Positions 40,010 through 49,474 of a DNA stretch of 64,000 bases are shown here, piece after piece (the stretch's first letter is position 1; every line of letters starts with the position of its first letter). The notes under the pieces are model-generated. The model saw only the letters and a list, made by a program, of their open reading frames with translations. It was not told the origin of the DNA and made no database searches. The position numbers were made by a program, and so were the translations under genes. This DNA is from Alphaproteobacteria bacterium. Its GTDB lineage: Bacteria; Pseudomonadota; Alphaproteobacteria; GCA-2731375. The stretch is from the NCBI GenBank assembly GCA_965225945.1, contig CBDDBZ010000035.1:96001-160000 (forward strand). The letters run 5' to 3'.

Positions 40010-41701
40010 CGTCCCGGCGGCGGCGAGCACGCTGCCGTCCTCGGCGACCAACGCCGGCGTCCGGCCGCCTTGGTGGTCGCTCATCTGGACGATCCGCCCG
40101 TAGTCCATCTTGATCAGTCGGTCGCAGGCGTGGAAGTAGGCGTCGTCGTGGGTCACCGCGATCACCGTCTTGCCGCGCGCCTTCAGCTCGGGCAGCAGAT
40201 CGTTGTAGAAGAATTGTCGGAAGCCCGGATCCTGGTCGGCGGCGAATTCGTCCAGCACGTAGATCTGGCGGTCTTCCAGCGCGGCCACGGCGTAGGCCAG
40301 GCGCTTTCGCTGCCCCGTCGACAAGGCCACGGTCGTGAAGGCGTCGCCATCGAAGCGCGTCTTGCGCGCCAGTTGCATCAGTCGGAGCAAGCGGTCGAGC
40401 TGCCCCAGGTCCGGGTCGGCCATGCCGTGGAGACGGCGGAAGAGGTGGAAGTCGTTGTAGATGGCCGAGAACATCTCCCGGTAGGCCTGCCGCTCGGCGA
40501 CAGGTACCGGCCGGCCGTCGACCAGGATCTGCCCGGCGCTGGCTGTGTAGAGCGCGGTCAGCACCTTGAGCAAGGTGGTCTTGCCCGAGCCGTTGCCGCC
40601 GACGATGAACAGCACCTCGCCACGCCGGATCTCCAGATCCACCGGTCCGAGGTCGAAGGCATCGTCGCTTCCGGCCTCGGCGAAATCGAACTCGATGCCT
40701 TGGAGGCTCAGCGTCTCGAAGGTCATCGCCTCGACCGCCCTGGCCCGGTTCTCGTCCGCCGCCACCTCGGCGTCGAGCGCGGCTTCCAGCTCCCGGACCT
40801 TGCGTAGCGACACCCGGGCCTTGGTCAGGCGTGGGATGGCGGTGACCAGGCTCTCCACCGGGCCGATCAGGAACAGGATGGCGGCGAGGAAGGAGAAGAC
40901 GGTGGCGCCGATCTCCGGCAGCACCTGGGGCAGGATGAAAATGAACACGCCGATCAAGCCGAAGAGGAAGATCTGCGAGGTCATGAAGCCCCGGATGAAG
41001 AGGATCTCCGCGCCGACGTTGAGGTCGCGGTAGTCGCTGGAGACTGCGTCGATCGCATCCTCGACGTCGACGTGGCGGGCCCGATTGAGCTTGATCTCCT
41101 TGTAGCCGTCGAGGATGTCCTTGATGCCGGTGAAGAATTCGGCCTCCTGGGCCCGGGCCGCCCGCACCTTGCTCGCCGCGCGGCGGGCCTGGGCGACGTA
41201 GACCAGGACACCGGCGACGAGGGCGGCGATGGTGCACGACAGCGCCGCCGGCGAGAGCCAGCCGATGTAGCCGAGGCAAAACAGCAGCAGCACCACGTTC
41301 TGCACCGCTTTCAGGAACTTGATCGCCGAGCGGGCAACCTGGGTGATGTCGGTGGTGAGGCGCGCGTAGATCTCGCCGTTCCCTTGGGCTTCGATGAAGC
41401 GCAGGTTGGTGAACAGCAGCTTTTCCGAAATCCGCATGCGCAGTTGCTTGGTCATCTCCTCGACCATCATCTGCATGCGGCTGAGGGCATAGTAGTTGAC
41501 CGCCGCAAACAACAGGACGAAGAAGATGAAGGCGCCGAAATAGCCCCATTCGAACTGGCTCGCCATCACCGCCGCCGCGCCGGCGTTGATCGTCGTCAAG
41601 ATCATGCCGCGCGCCAGGCCCGAGGCCATCGAGGCCCCCATGACGCGGAGCCGCGAGCCCGGTATCTCGCGATAGAAGAAGCGGACGAGTTCGAATGCCA
41701 T
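39953..41701 (-). CDS. SyrD/PvdE/YojI-type cyclic-peptide export ABC transporter
   Basis: GYKEIKLN, FDLGPVDL, FIVGGNGSGKTT, LSTGQRKRLA, LDEFAADQDPGFR..FY, VTHDDAYF. ATG at 41701. Confidence 0.9.
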   Translation of the reverse strand: MAFELVRFFYREIPGSRLRVMGASMASGLARGMILTTINAGAAAVMASQFEWGYFGAFIFFVLLFAAVNYYALSRMQMMVEEMTKQLRMRISEKLLFTNLRFIEAQGNGEIYARLTTDITQVARSAIKFLKAVQNVVLLLFCLGYIGWLSPAALSCTIAALVAGVLVYVAQARRAASKVRAARAQEAEFFTGIKDILDGYKEIKLNRARHVDVEDAIDAVSSDYRDLNVGAEILFIRGFMTSQIFLFGLIGVFIFILPQVLPEIGATVFSFLAAILFLIGPVESLVTAIPRLTKARVSLRKVRELEAALDAEVAADENRARAVEAMTFETLSLQGIEFDFAEAGSDDAFDLGPVDLEIRRGEVLFIVGGNGSGKTTLLKVLTALYTASAGQILVDGRPVPVAERQAYREMFSAIYNDFHLFRRLHGMADPDLGQLDRLLRLMQLARKTRFDGDAFTTVALSTGQRKRLAYAVAALEDRQIYVLDEFAADQDPGFRQFFYNDLLPELKARGKTVIAVTHDDAYFHACDRLIKMDYGRIVQMSDHQGGRTPALVAEDGSVLAAAGTSGDDEAVVKTDRRRREEQ

Positions 41702-41730
41702 GGTCGTGGTGGCCGGGTCTCCCAGGGGGC

Positions 41731-42357
41731 CTAGCCGTTCTTCTCCACCTGCGACTCGATCATCCGACGCGCACGGAAAAACCGCTGGATCGCCGTTGCG
41801 TGCGTCAGAATCGCGAGCAAGATCAATAGGTAATAGAGCGGACCCGGGGTAATTTCCAGCCAAATCTGGAGCAGCGGATCGAGCACCAGGGCGAGGCAGA
41901 GAAAGACGATCCGCTCCAACCGCTCCATCAGGTCGGGCCATTTCACGTTGTCGATCGGCACCTCGATGGCGGCCCGCGCCTTCAGATAGCTGATCAGCAG
42001 CGAGCCGGTGAGCGCCAACAACGCCGGTCCCCAATAGTCGTTCACCCAGGCGATCGCCAGGAAGACCACGATCTCCTGATAGCGGTCGACCACGGCGTCG
42101 AGATAGCCGCCGAAGCGGCTCGCGCGGCCGGTGACCCGGGCGAGCGCGCCGTCCAGCGCGTCGAAGGCGAAGGTGAGGGCGAGCAGCAGCCCGAAGACGG
42201 CGTGGTTTCGATGCCAGGCGTAGAAGGCGCAGTTCGCCAGCACCAGGGCCAAGCCTAGCAGCGTCACCTGATTGGGACTGATGCCGAGCACGGCGATAGG
42301 CCGCGCCACGGCGTCCCAATAGCGATCCGTCGCCGCCTTGTTCAGCCCGTCCAACAT
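41731..42357 (-). CDS. CDP-alcohol phosphatidyltransferase family
   Basis: SPNQVT, signature DALDGALAR.....SRFGGYLDAVVDR, LISYLKARA, ERLER. Confidence 0.92.
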   Translation of the reverse strand: MLDGLNKAATDRYWDAVARPIAVLGISPNQVTLLGLALVLANCAFYAWHRNHAVFGLLLALTFAFDALDGALARVTGRASRFGGYLDAVVDRYQEIVVFLAIAWVNDYWGPALLALTGSLLISYLKARAAIEVPIDNVKWPDLMERLERIVFLCLALVLDPLLQIWLEITPGPLYYLLILLAILTHATAIQRFFRARRMIESQVEKNG

Positions 42358-42454
42358 GGTCCATACGCCATGGCGTTGTGGTGAATCGGCCCCCAGAATA
42401 GCGCATGCGCGAAATCGTCGGAAGTGGACGCCCTCGGGGGCCGCGCTCACGCGC

Positions 42455-43999
42455 TCAGGATGCGCCGGGACCTCGCCATCGCCGGCCAGACCGCGCGACC
42501 TCGAGGAAGCGCCGGTAGCGCATATCGTAGCGGGCCGCCTGCGAGGGGTCGGGCTGGTAGCGCTCGGCTTCCCGCGTCATGGCACCGGCTGCCGCCAGGT
42601 CGGAGCTCCAGCCAAGCGCCACCGCCGCCAGCATCGCGACCCCCCGGGCGCCCGCGAGATCGGGTTCCGCCGTCCGGGCGAGCGCGAGCCCGGTCACATC
42701 TGCGATGATCCGGCACCAGAGGTCGCTGACGGCGCCGCCGCCCACGATCCGCGCCGTCGACGGCGCCGCGCGCAGGGATTTTTCCATCGCCTCCAGCGCC
42801 CAGCGCGCGTTCAGCGCCACGCCCTCCAGCACCGCCCGCGCCAATTCGCCCCGCCCGCTCGAGAGCGCCAAGCCGATGAAGCCGGCCCTCAAGTCCGGGT
42901 CGTCCACCGGCACCCGCTCGCCCTGCAGCCAGGGCAGGAACAGCGGGCCGTCGGGCCCGCTCCCGGCCTCTCGCGCGGCGGCGTCGAAGGCGGCCAAGTT
43001 GCCGCCGAAGCCGAGGGCGTTCGCGGCCCAGGCGACGGCGGCGCCGGCCGATTCCTGCGTCGCCACGAGCAGATAACGGTCCCGCTCCGCCGCCGCGAGC
43101 GTGCCGATCCCCCGCGCGACGTCGACCTTCGGGCGGTCCCGGTGCGCGCCCCACCAACTGCTGGTGCCGAGGTAGAGGTAGAGCGCCTCCGTCGCCCGGA
43201 CCCCGGCCCCCAGCGCCGAGGCCAGGACGTCGCCCGCCCCCGCCACCATCGGCGTTCCCGCCCGCAGGCCCAGGTCGTCGGCCGCCTCCGGCCGCAAGCC
43301 GCCGACGAACTCGGCGGCCGGGCGAATCTCGGAAAGCCGCGCGCGGTCCAGTCCGACGCGGCGCAGCAACGCCTCCGACCATTCCCAGCGTCCCGGTCGG
43401 GCATCCATCAGCCAGGTGAGATGGGCGCAATCGGGCGTCGTCGCCCATTCGCCGGTGGCGCGATGGAGCAGATACTCCTTGACGTCGGGAAGGCGTCGCG
43501 CCCGCGCCCAGAGCGCCGCTTGCTCGTCGCGGAGCCAGAGCATCTTGGAGAGAGGGTCCTTGCCCGAAAGGTTGGGCGCGCCGTTGGTCAGCCGGAGCCA
43601 AGAGAGCAGCGCAAAGACGCCGTAGCCGTGTATGCGCGGCCAGCCGGCCATCAGGCGGCGGGCTTGGCCCGCGCTTCGGGTATCGAGCCAGATCATGGCG
43701 TCCTGGAGCGCCGCGCCGGCCTCGTCGACCGCCACCACGCCCCCCATCTGGGCGGCAATCGCCACGGCGGCGACGGAATCGGGTGCGATCTCCGCCTCGG
43801 CCAGCATGCGCCGGCTCGCCCGCGCCATCGCTTCCCACCAATCGTCGGGCCGCTGTTCGGCCCAACCCGGCTCCGGCTGGAACAGCGGATAGCTCTCGCG
43901 CGCCCGTGCCGCCACCCGGCCCTCGGCGTCGAACAGGGCCGACTTGACGGACGAGGTGCCGAAGTCGTAACCGAGGATCAGATCGCCGCCCGGGGTCAT
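42455..43999 (-). CDS. FGGY-family carbohydrate kinase (xylulokinase-like)
   Basis: LGYDFGTSSVK, PGWAEQ.P, WLDTRS, AGAGD, YLGTSSW, FLPWLQGER.P, RAVLEGVA, GGGA.S.LW..IIADV. Confidence 0.9.
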   Translation of the reverse strand: MTPGGDLILGYDFGTSSVKSALFDAEGRVAARARESYPLFQPEPGWAEQRPDDWWEAMARASRRMLAEAEIAPDSVAAVAIAAQMGGVVAVDEAGAALQDAMIWLDTRSAGQARRLMAGWPRIHGYGVFALLSWLRLTNGAPNLSGKDPLSKMLWLRDEQAALWARARRLPDVKEYLLHRATGEWATTPDCAHLTWLMDARPGRWEWSEALLRRVGLDRARLSEIRPAAEFVGGLRPEAADDLGLRAGTPMVAGAGDVLASALGAGVRATEALYLYLGTSSWWGAHRDRPKVDVARGIGTLAAAERDRYLLVATQESAGAAVAWAANALGFGGNLAAFDAAAREAGSGPDGPLFLPWLQGERVPVDDPDLRAGFIGLALSSGRGELARAVLEGVALNARWALEAMEKSLRAAPSTARIVGGGAVSDLWCRIIADVTGLALARTAEPDLAGARGVAMLAAVALGWSSDLAAAGAMTREAERYQPDPSQAARYDMRYRRFLEVARSGRRWRGPGAS

Positions 44000-44095
44000 G
44001 GCCCGCTCGGCCACCCGGACCGGGGCGCGGGGCGGCACGGCCGCCGCCCGCGCCGCCGGCGGGCCTGGTGGACGACACCTGGGGAAGATTGCCGT

Positions 44096-45178
44096 ATGGC
44101 TTCGATCATCGCCGCCCCGGTTGTATTCGTGCTCGTGCTTCTGGGGCTGGTCTTCTTCTGGAACTACTGGCCCCTGCGCAAATACGTCTATATCAAGACC
44201 AGCCCGTCATGGAAGCGGCTGGCCCGGATCCAGACCTTCGATCCGGCGGCGGAGGCGGCGGAGGAGCGGAACCTCTTCGTCTCCTCGACGGTGATGCGCG
44301 AGGCTTGCGACATCGTCTGGCACGAGGGCGAGGAGAGCCCGCCCGAGGCGCTGCTGGAACCGCTCGCCCACGGCACCGTGGTTCACCTCAATTCCAAGCA
44401 CGTCCAGCGCTTCGCGGAGGCGGTGTTGCCCCGACTGCGAGCGCCGATCGTACTGGTGGTGGGCTGCGATACCGTGACCCCCCGGGTGCCGGGGTTCGAG
44501 GCCATCCTCGCCGCCGACAGGATCCTGCATTGGTTCCTGCAGAACGACGATCTGGGCGCCGAACATCGCGACCGCGTGAGCCAACTGCCGCTCGGCCTCG
44601 ACTATCACAAGCTGGAGCCGGCGGGCGACAACACCAGCAGCGACATGGGCCTGCCGTCGCGCGCCGGCAACCAGCAGCTCACCCTGCGGGCGATCCGCGA
44701 CACCATCGCGCCGCTTCGAGCGCGGCCGGCCCGGGTCTATGCCAACTTCCACCTGAACATGGACAGCTTCCTCCGCTCCCAGGAGGCGCTGAAACGCCGC
44801 CAGGCCCGCCAGGAGGCATGGGACGTGCTCCGGGATGCCGCCTTCATGGATTTCGAGCGCCAGCAGACGCCGCGCAACGAGGTCTGGCGGCGCCACGTCG
44901 ACGTCGCCTTCGAGGCCTCGCCCCACGGCAACGGCCTCGACTGCCATCGCACCTGGGAGGCGCTGCTGCTGAAGACGGTGCCGATCGTCAAGACCAGCGT
45001 GCTCGATTCCCTTTACGACGGCCTGCCGGTGGTGATCGTCGAGGACTGGCCGGAGATCACCACCGAAGCGCTGGAGGCCTGGCGCGAGGAATACGCCGAG
45101 GCCTTCGACGGGCCGATCCCGGAGGTGCTGTTCTCCAACCATTGGATCGAGCGGTTCAACGCCTGGAAAAGCCAATAA
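44096..45178 (+). CDS. Membrane-anchored exostosin/GT47-like hypothetical protein
   Basis: N-terminal TM, HWFLQN, LPLGLDYH, FEASPHGNGLDCHRTWEALLL...PIVK...LPVVIVEDW.EIT. Confidence 0.65.
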   Translation: MASIIAAPVVFVLVLLGLVFFWNYWPLRKYVYIKTSPSWKRLARIQTFDPAAEAAEERNLFVSSTVMREACDIVWHEGEESPPEALLEPLAHGTVVHLNSKHVQRFAEAVLPRLRAPIVLVVGCDTVTPRVPGFEAILAADRILHWFLQNDDLGAEHRDRVSQLPLGLDYHKLEPAGDNTSSDMGLPSRAGNQQLTLRAIRDTIAPLRARPARVYANFHLNMDSFLRSQEALKRRQARQEAWDVLRDAAFMDFERQQTPRNEVWRRHVDVAFEASPHGNGLDCHRTWEALLLKTVPIVKTSVLDSLYDGLPVVIVEDWPEITTEALEAWREEYAEAFDGPIPEVLFSNHWIERFNAWKSQ

Positions 45179-45244
45179 CGGCCGCGCGCCCTGGACGGGT
45201 GTCGCCGCGCCTGTTACCGACGGGGCCGAGAGGAGAGGGATGCC

Positions 45245-47293
45245 ATGGTATGGGTGATCGGCGTCGATGTCGGCGGCACCTTCACTGATTTTCACGCCTT
45301 CGACGACGAAACCGGCGTCGTCCATGTCCACAAGACGCCGTCGACGCCGGACGATCCCGCGCGCGCGGTGTCGGCGGGCTTGTCGCGGCTGGCCGCCGAC
45401 AACGATATCGATCTCGGCCAACTGCGCCGCCTTTCGCACGGCACCACCGTCGCCACCAACGCGCTGATCCAGGGCAGGGGCGGTGGAATCGCCCTCGTCA
45501 CCACGGCCGGGTTCCGTGATCTGCTGGAGATCGGCCGCCAGATCCGCCCGCACATGTTCGATTTCCAGAAGGATTACCCACCGCCCCTGGTGCCGCGCGA
45601 GCTTCGCTTCGAGGCTGCCGAGCGGGTTCTGGCCGACGGCTCGGTCCATATCGGGCTGGACGAGGCGGAGATCGAACGCGTCGTCGAGGCGGTGCGGGGA
45701 GCCAAGGCGGTGGCCTGCGCGATCTGTTTTCTCTTCGCCTTCGTCAATCCGGCGCACGAGCGCCGCCTGCGCGACGCACTCGCCCGGGCGTTGCCGGAAC
45801 TGGAGATCTCCATCTCCTCCGAGGTGCAGCCCGAATTCCGCGAATACGAGCGGCTCTCGACCACGGTGCTGAACGCCTATCTGCAGCCGGTGATGTCGCG
45901 CTACATGGGCGCTTTCGAGCGCGGTTTGGCCGAGCTGGCGCCCGAGGCCGGGCTCGGCATCAACCAGTCGGCGGGCGGCCTGATGTCGCCGGCCCGCGCA
46001 AGGGAGTTGCCGATCCGAACGGCGCTTTCCGGCCCGGCGGCGGGCGCCGTCGGCGCCATTCACGCGGCCGGACTCGCCGGCGAGGCCGACGTCATCACCC
46101 TCGACATGGGCGGGACCAGCGCCGATGTCTGCCTGATCCGAGGCGGCCGAGCGGAGATGACCTTCGAGCGCTGGATCGCGGGCTATCCGGCCCGCATCGC
46201 CAGCCTCGATATCAACTCCGTCGGCGCCGGGGGCGGCTCGATCGCCTGGTTCGACCGCGACGGCTCGATGAAGGTCGGCCCGGCCAGCGCCGGCGCGATG
46301 CCGGGGCCTGCGTGTTACGGCCAGGGTGGCGCCGAGCCGACGGTGACGGACGCCAACCTGGTGCTGGGCCGGCTGTCGCCGGAGGGCCTGCTGGGGGGCG
46401 GCATGGCGCTGGACGTCGAGGCCGCGCGTGGCGCGCTCGCCCCGGCGGCCGAACGCCTCGAACTTTCGATCGAGCGGACGGCGCAAGGCGTCATCGCCAT
46501 CGTCGTCGCCAACATGATCCGCGCGCTGCGCGCGATCTCGGTGGAACGCGGGCACGATCCCCGCGAATTCGTGCTGTTGCCGTTCGGCGGCGCCGGCGGC
46601 TTGCATGCGAGCGACGTCGCCCGCGCCCTCGGCGTCGCCCGCTTCGTGGTGCCGCCCGCGCCTGGCATTCTCTGCGCCAAGGGCCTCGTGGTCTCGGATT
46701 CGACAGAGAGCTTCGTGGTGAGCAGTCTGACGCCGCTCGCGCCCGAGACCGAGGGCCGGATCGCCGCCGTGCTCGCCGATCTTTCGGTCCCGGCCGAGGA
46801 CTGGTTCGCCCGCGAGGCGGTGGCGCGCGAGGCTCGCGTGATCCAGGTGACGCTCGACATGCGCTATGTCGGCCAGAACTACGAGCTGCAGGTGGACATC
46901 GACGAGGCCGACGCCCGGGAGCCCACCGTCGAGGCCTTGTCGAAGCGTTTCTTCGCCCAGCACGAGCAGAGCTACGGCTACCACAACGCGCAAGACCCGA
47001 TCGAGATCGTCAACTACCGTTTGCGGGCGCTCGGCCGCCTGCGCCGCCCGCCGGAATCTGCCGTCGCCGCCGCTGCCGATCCCGCGCCGCCGCTTGCCGC
47101 CCGCCGCCCGGTGACCTTCGCCGAAGGCGGGACGATCGAGACCGCCCAGATCGAGCGCGACCAACTCCAGCCCGGCCACCGAATCGAGGGCCCGGCGGTG
47201 ATCGAGCAGCTCGACGCAACGACGCTTCTCCATCCCGGCGACCGGCTGGTCGTCGACGACAACCTCAATCTGATCGTGGAGGTCGGCGCATGA
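45245..47293 (+). CDS. Hydantoinase/5-oxoprolinase subunit A family
   Basis: GVDVGGTFTD, HGTTVATNA, SGPAAG, DMGGTSAD, GAGGGSIA, PGPACYG. Confidence 0.93.
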   Translation: MVWVIGVDVGGTFTDFHAFDDETGVVHVHKTPSTPDDPARAVSAGLSRLAADNDIDLGQLRRLSHGTTVATNALIQGRGGGIALVTTAGFRDLLEIGRQIRPHMFDFQKDYPPPLVPRELRFEAAERVLADGSVHIGLDEAEIERVVEAVRGAKAVACAICFLFAFVNPAHERRLRDALARALPELEISISSEVQPEFREYERLSTTVLNAYLQPVMSRYMGAFERGLAELAPEAGLGINQSAGGLMSPARARELPIRTALSGPAAGAVGAIHAAGLAGEADVITLDMGGTSADVCLIRGGRAEMTFERWIAGYPARIASLDINSVGAGGGSIAWFDRDGSMKVGPASAGAMPGPACYGQGGAEPTVTDANLVLGRLSPEGLLGGGMALDVEAARGALAPAAERLELSIERTAQGVIAIVVANMIRALRAISVERGHDPREFVLLPFGGAGGLHASDVARALGVARFVVPPAPGILCAKGLVVSDSTESFVVSSLTPLAPETEGRIAAVLADLSVPAEDWFAREAVAREARVIQVTLDMRYVGQNYELQVDIDEADAREPTVEALSKRFFAQHEQSYGYHNAQDPIEIVNYRLRALGRLRRPPESAVAAAADPAPPLAARRPVTFAEGGTIETAQIERDQLQPGHRIEGPAVIEQLDATTLLHPGDRLVVDDNLNLIVEVGA

Positions 47294-48987
47294 CCGTCAA
47301 GGCCCGAGAGATCGATCCGATCACCCTCGAGATCCTGCACAATGGGCTGCGCTCCGTCACCGACGAGAGCTACATCGCCATCACCAAGGCGGCCTATTCC
47401 ACCAATATCAAGGAACGGCGCGACCATTCGACCGCGATCATGGACGTGCGCGGCCGACTGATCGTGCAGGCGGAGAATTCGCTGCCGATCCATCTCGCCT
47501 CCATGCTGGGGCTGATGGAATGCCTCTTGGCCAAGTATCCGCCCGAAACCATCCATGAAGGCGACATATTCGTCGCCAACGATCCCTACCAGGCCGGCGG
47601 CACCCACCTGCCGGACGTCAACCTGGCGATGCCGGTTTTCACCGAGGGCAATCTGCTCGGCTTCGTCTGCAATCTCGCCCACCACGCCGACATCGGCGGC
47701 ATGGCGCCGGGCTCGATGGCGGGCGGGATGTCGGAGATCTATCAGGAGGGACTGAGAATTCCGGTGGTCAAACTCTTCAGCCGGGGCGAGCTGGTGCGGG
47801 ACCTGTTCGACATCCTGTTGCTGAACGTCCGCGTGCCGGAGGAGCGCCGCGGCGACTACTATGCCCAGATCGCCGCTTGCCGGCTCGGCGCGCGCCGGCT
47901 CGACGAGTTGCTCCAGCGCCACGGCGCCGAGCGCCTGAACGTCGCCTTCGAGACCATCCTCGACCTCACCGAGAACCGCATCCGCGCGGCGATCGCCGAG
48001 ATTCCCGACGGCACCTATCGCTTCGAGGACGTGCTCGACAACGACGGGATGGGCACCGACGACATCGCGATCCGGGTGACGGTGGAAATCGCCGGCGACG
48101 CGGCCCGCTTCGATTTCGCCGGCACCGGCCCGCAGGTGCGCGGCAACATCAACGTCACCCTGAACGCAACCCAGTCGGCGGTCTACTACACGCTCAAGGG
48201 GATGCTCGATCCCGATATTCCCAACAATCACGGCCTGATCCGCTCGGTCGAGATCACCGCGCCCGAGGGCACGATCGTCAACGCCCGCTTCCCCGCCGCC
48301 GTGGCCGGGCGGGCCAACACCACGCAGCGGATCGTCGATGTGCTGATCGGCGCGCTGGCCCAGGCGCTCCCCGAACGGGCGGTGGGGGCGGCCAACGGCG
48401 CCAACACCACCGCCGTCTTCTTCGGCGACGATCCCAGTGGCGGCGGCTCGTATCTCTATCTGGAGACGCTGGGCGGCGGCTTCGGCGGGCGCGCGAGCAA
48501 GGACGGCAAGGACGGCGTCCAGGTCCACATCACCAACACCTCCAATCTGCCGGTCGAGGCGATCGAGATGGAATACCCCCTGATGGTCGAGAGTTACGGC
48601 CTGATCGAGGATTCCGGTGGCGCCGGCACCCACAGGGGCGGCATGGGGCTTCGCCGGGTGATCCGCCCGGTCGGCCACGAGGCCGTCTTCTCCGGCATGG
48701 GGGAGCGGTTCCGCCACCAGCCCTGGGGCATCTTCGGTGGCGGCCCCGGCGCCACGGGGCGCTTCGCGCTCAGGGACGCGGACGGCAACGAAACCGCGCT
48801 CGACGACAAGCCCTCGGGGGTCCGCTTCGGGCCGAGCGAGGCGATCGTCATGGAGACCCCCGGGGCCGGCGGTTACGGCCCGCCGGAGGCACGCACGGCG
48901 GAGGCGCTGGCCGCCGACCGGCGTGGCGGCAAGTTCACCGACGAATACCTGGCGCGTCACTATCCGGGCGCGGCGGGGAAGGACTGA
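47290..48987 (+). CDS. Hydantoinase B/5-oxoprolinase subunit B family
   Basis: ATGA overlap at 47290. DPITLEI, NDPYQAGGTHLPD, HHADIGG, QEGLRIP, NTSNLPVE, DSGGAG. Confidence 0.93.
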   Translation: MTVKAREIDPITLEILHNGLRSVTDESYIAITKAAYSTNIKERRDHSTAIMDVRGRLIVQAENSLPIHLASMLGLMECLLAKYPPETIHEGDIFVANDPYQAGGTHLPDVNLAMPVFTEGNLLGFVCNLAHHADIGGMAPGSMAGGMSEIYQEGLRIPVVKLFSRGELVRDLFDILLLNVRVPEERRGDYYAQIAACRLGARRLDELLQRHGAERLNVAFETILDLTENRIRAAIAEIPDGTYRFEDVLDNDGMGTDDIAIRVTVEIAGDAARFDFAGTGPQVRGNINVTLNATQSAVYYTLKGMLDPDIPNNHGLIRSVEITAPEGTIVNARFPAAVAGRANTTQRIVDVLIGALAQALPERAVGAANGANTTAVFFGDDPSGGGSYLYLETLGGGFGGRASKDGKDGVQVHITNTSNLPVEAIEMEYPLMVESYGLIEDSGGAGTHRGGMGLRRVIRPVGHEAVFSGMGERFRHQPWGIFGGGPGATGRFALRDADGNETALDDKPSGVRFGPSEAIVMETPGAGGYGPPEARTAEALAADRRGGKFTDEYLARHYPGAAGKD

Positions 48988-48997
48988 GGCGGTGGCC

Positions 48998-49435
48998 ATG
49001 GATCGGAGCTATCCCGATCGGCCCTTCGTCGGCGTCGGCGTCGTCGTCTACAAGGGCGACGAGGTGCTGTTGATCCAGCGCGGCAAGCCGCCCCGAAGCG
49101 GCCAATGGAGCCTTCCGGGCGGGGTACAGGAGTTGGGTGAAACGGTGCGGCAAGCGGCGCACCGCGAGGTGATGGAGGAAACCAGCGTCGAGATCGAGCT
49201 TCTGGGCCTGGTCGATGTCATCGATTCGATCCGCCACGACGCCGCCGGCAAAGTCCGCTTTCACTTCACCCTGGTCGATATGGCGGCCGAATGGCGCGCC
49301 GGCGAGCCCCGCGCGGGGGACGACGCTGCCGGCGTCGAGTGGGTGGCGCTGGGCGAGATCGAGGACTACCTCGCCTGGTCCGAGACGGTACGGGTGATCC
49401 GCGAGGGCGTGTCGCTTCGCGCTCCTGCCAGGTAG
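48998..49435 (+). CDS. NUDIX hydrolase
   Basis: YPDRPFVGVG and Nudix box WSLPGG..ELGET...AAHREVMEET. Confidence 0.92.
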   Translation: MDRSYPDRPFVGVGVVVYKGDEVLLIQRGKPPRSGQWSLPGGVQELGETVRQAAHREVMEETSVEIELLGLVDVIDSIRHDAAGKVRFHFTLVDMAAEWRAGEPRAGDDAAGVEWVALGEIEDYLAWSETVRVIREGVSLRAPAR

Positions 49436-49474
49436 CGCGTTTCGGGCACCTGGCGTCGTCCGACCCCGCCGCTC

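Noticed and set aside
42338-45178. 946-aa ORF, and the N-terminal extensions of 39953-42406, 37973-40009 and 46312-48987
   Set aside because: The extensions overlap real genes on other frames or strands; downstream starts were chosen at the domain boundaries.
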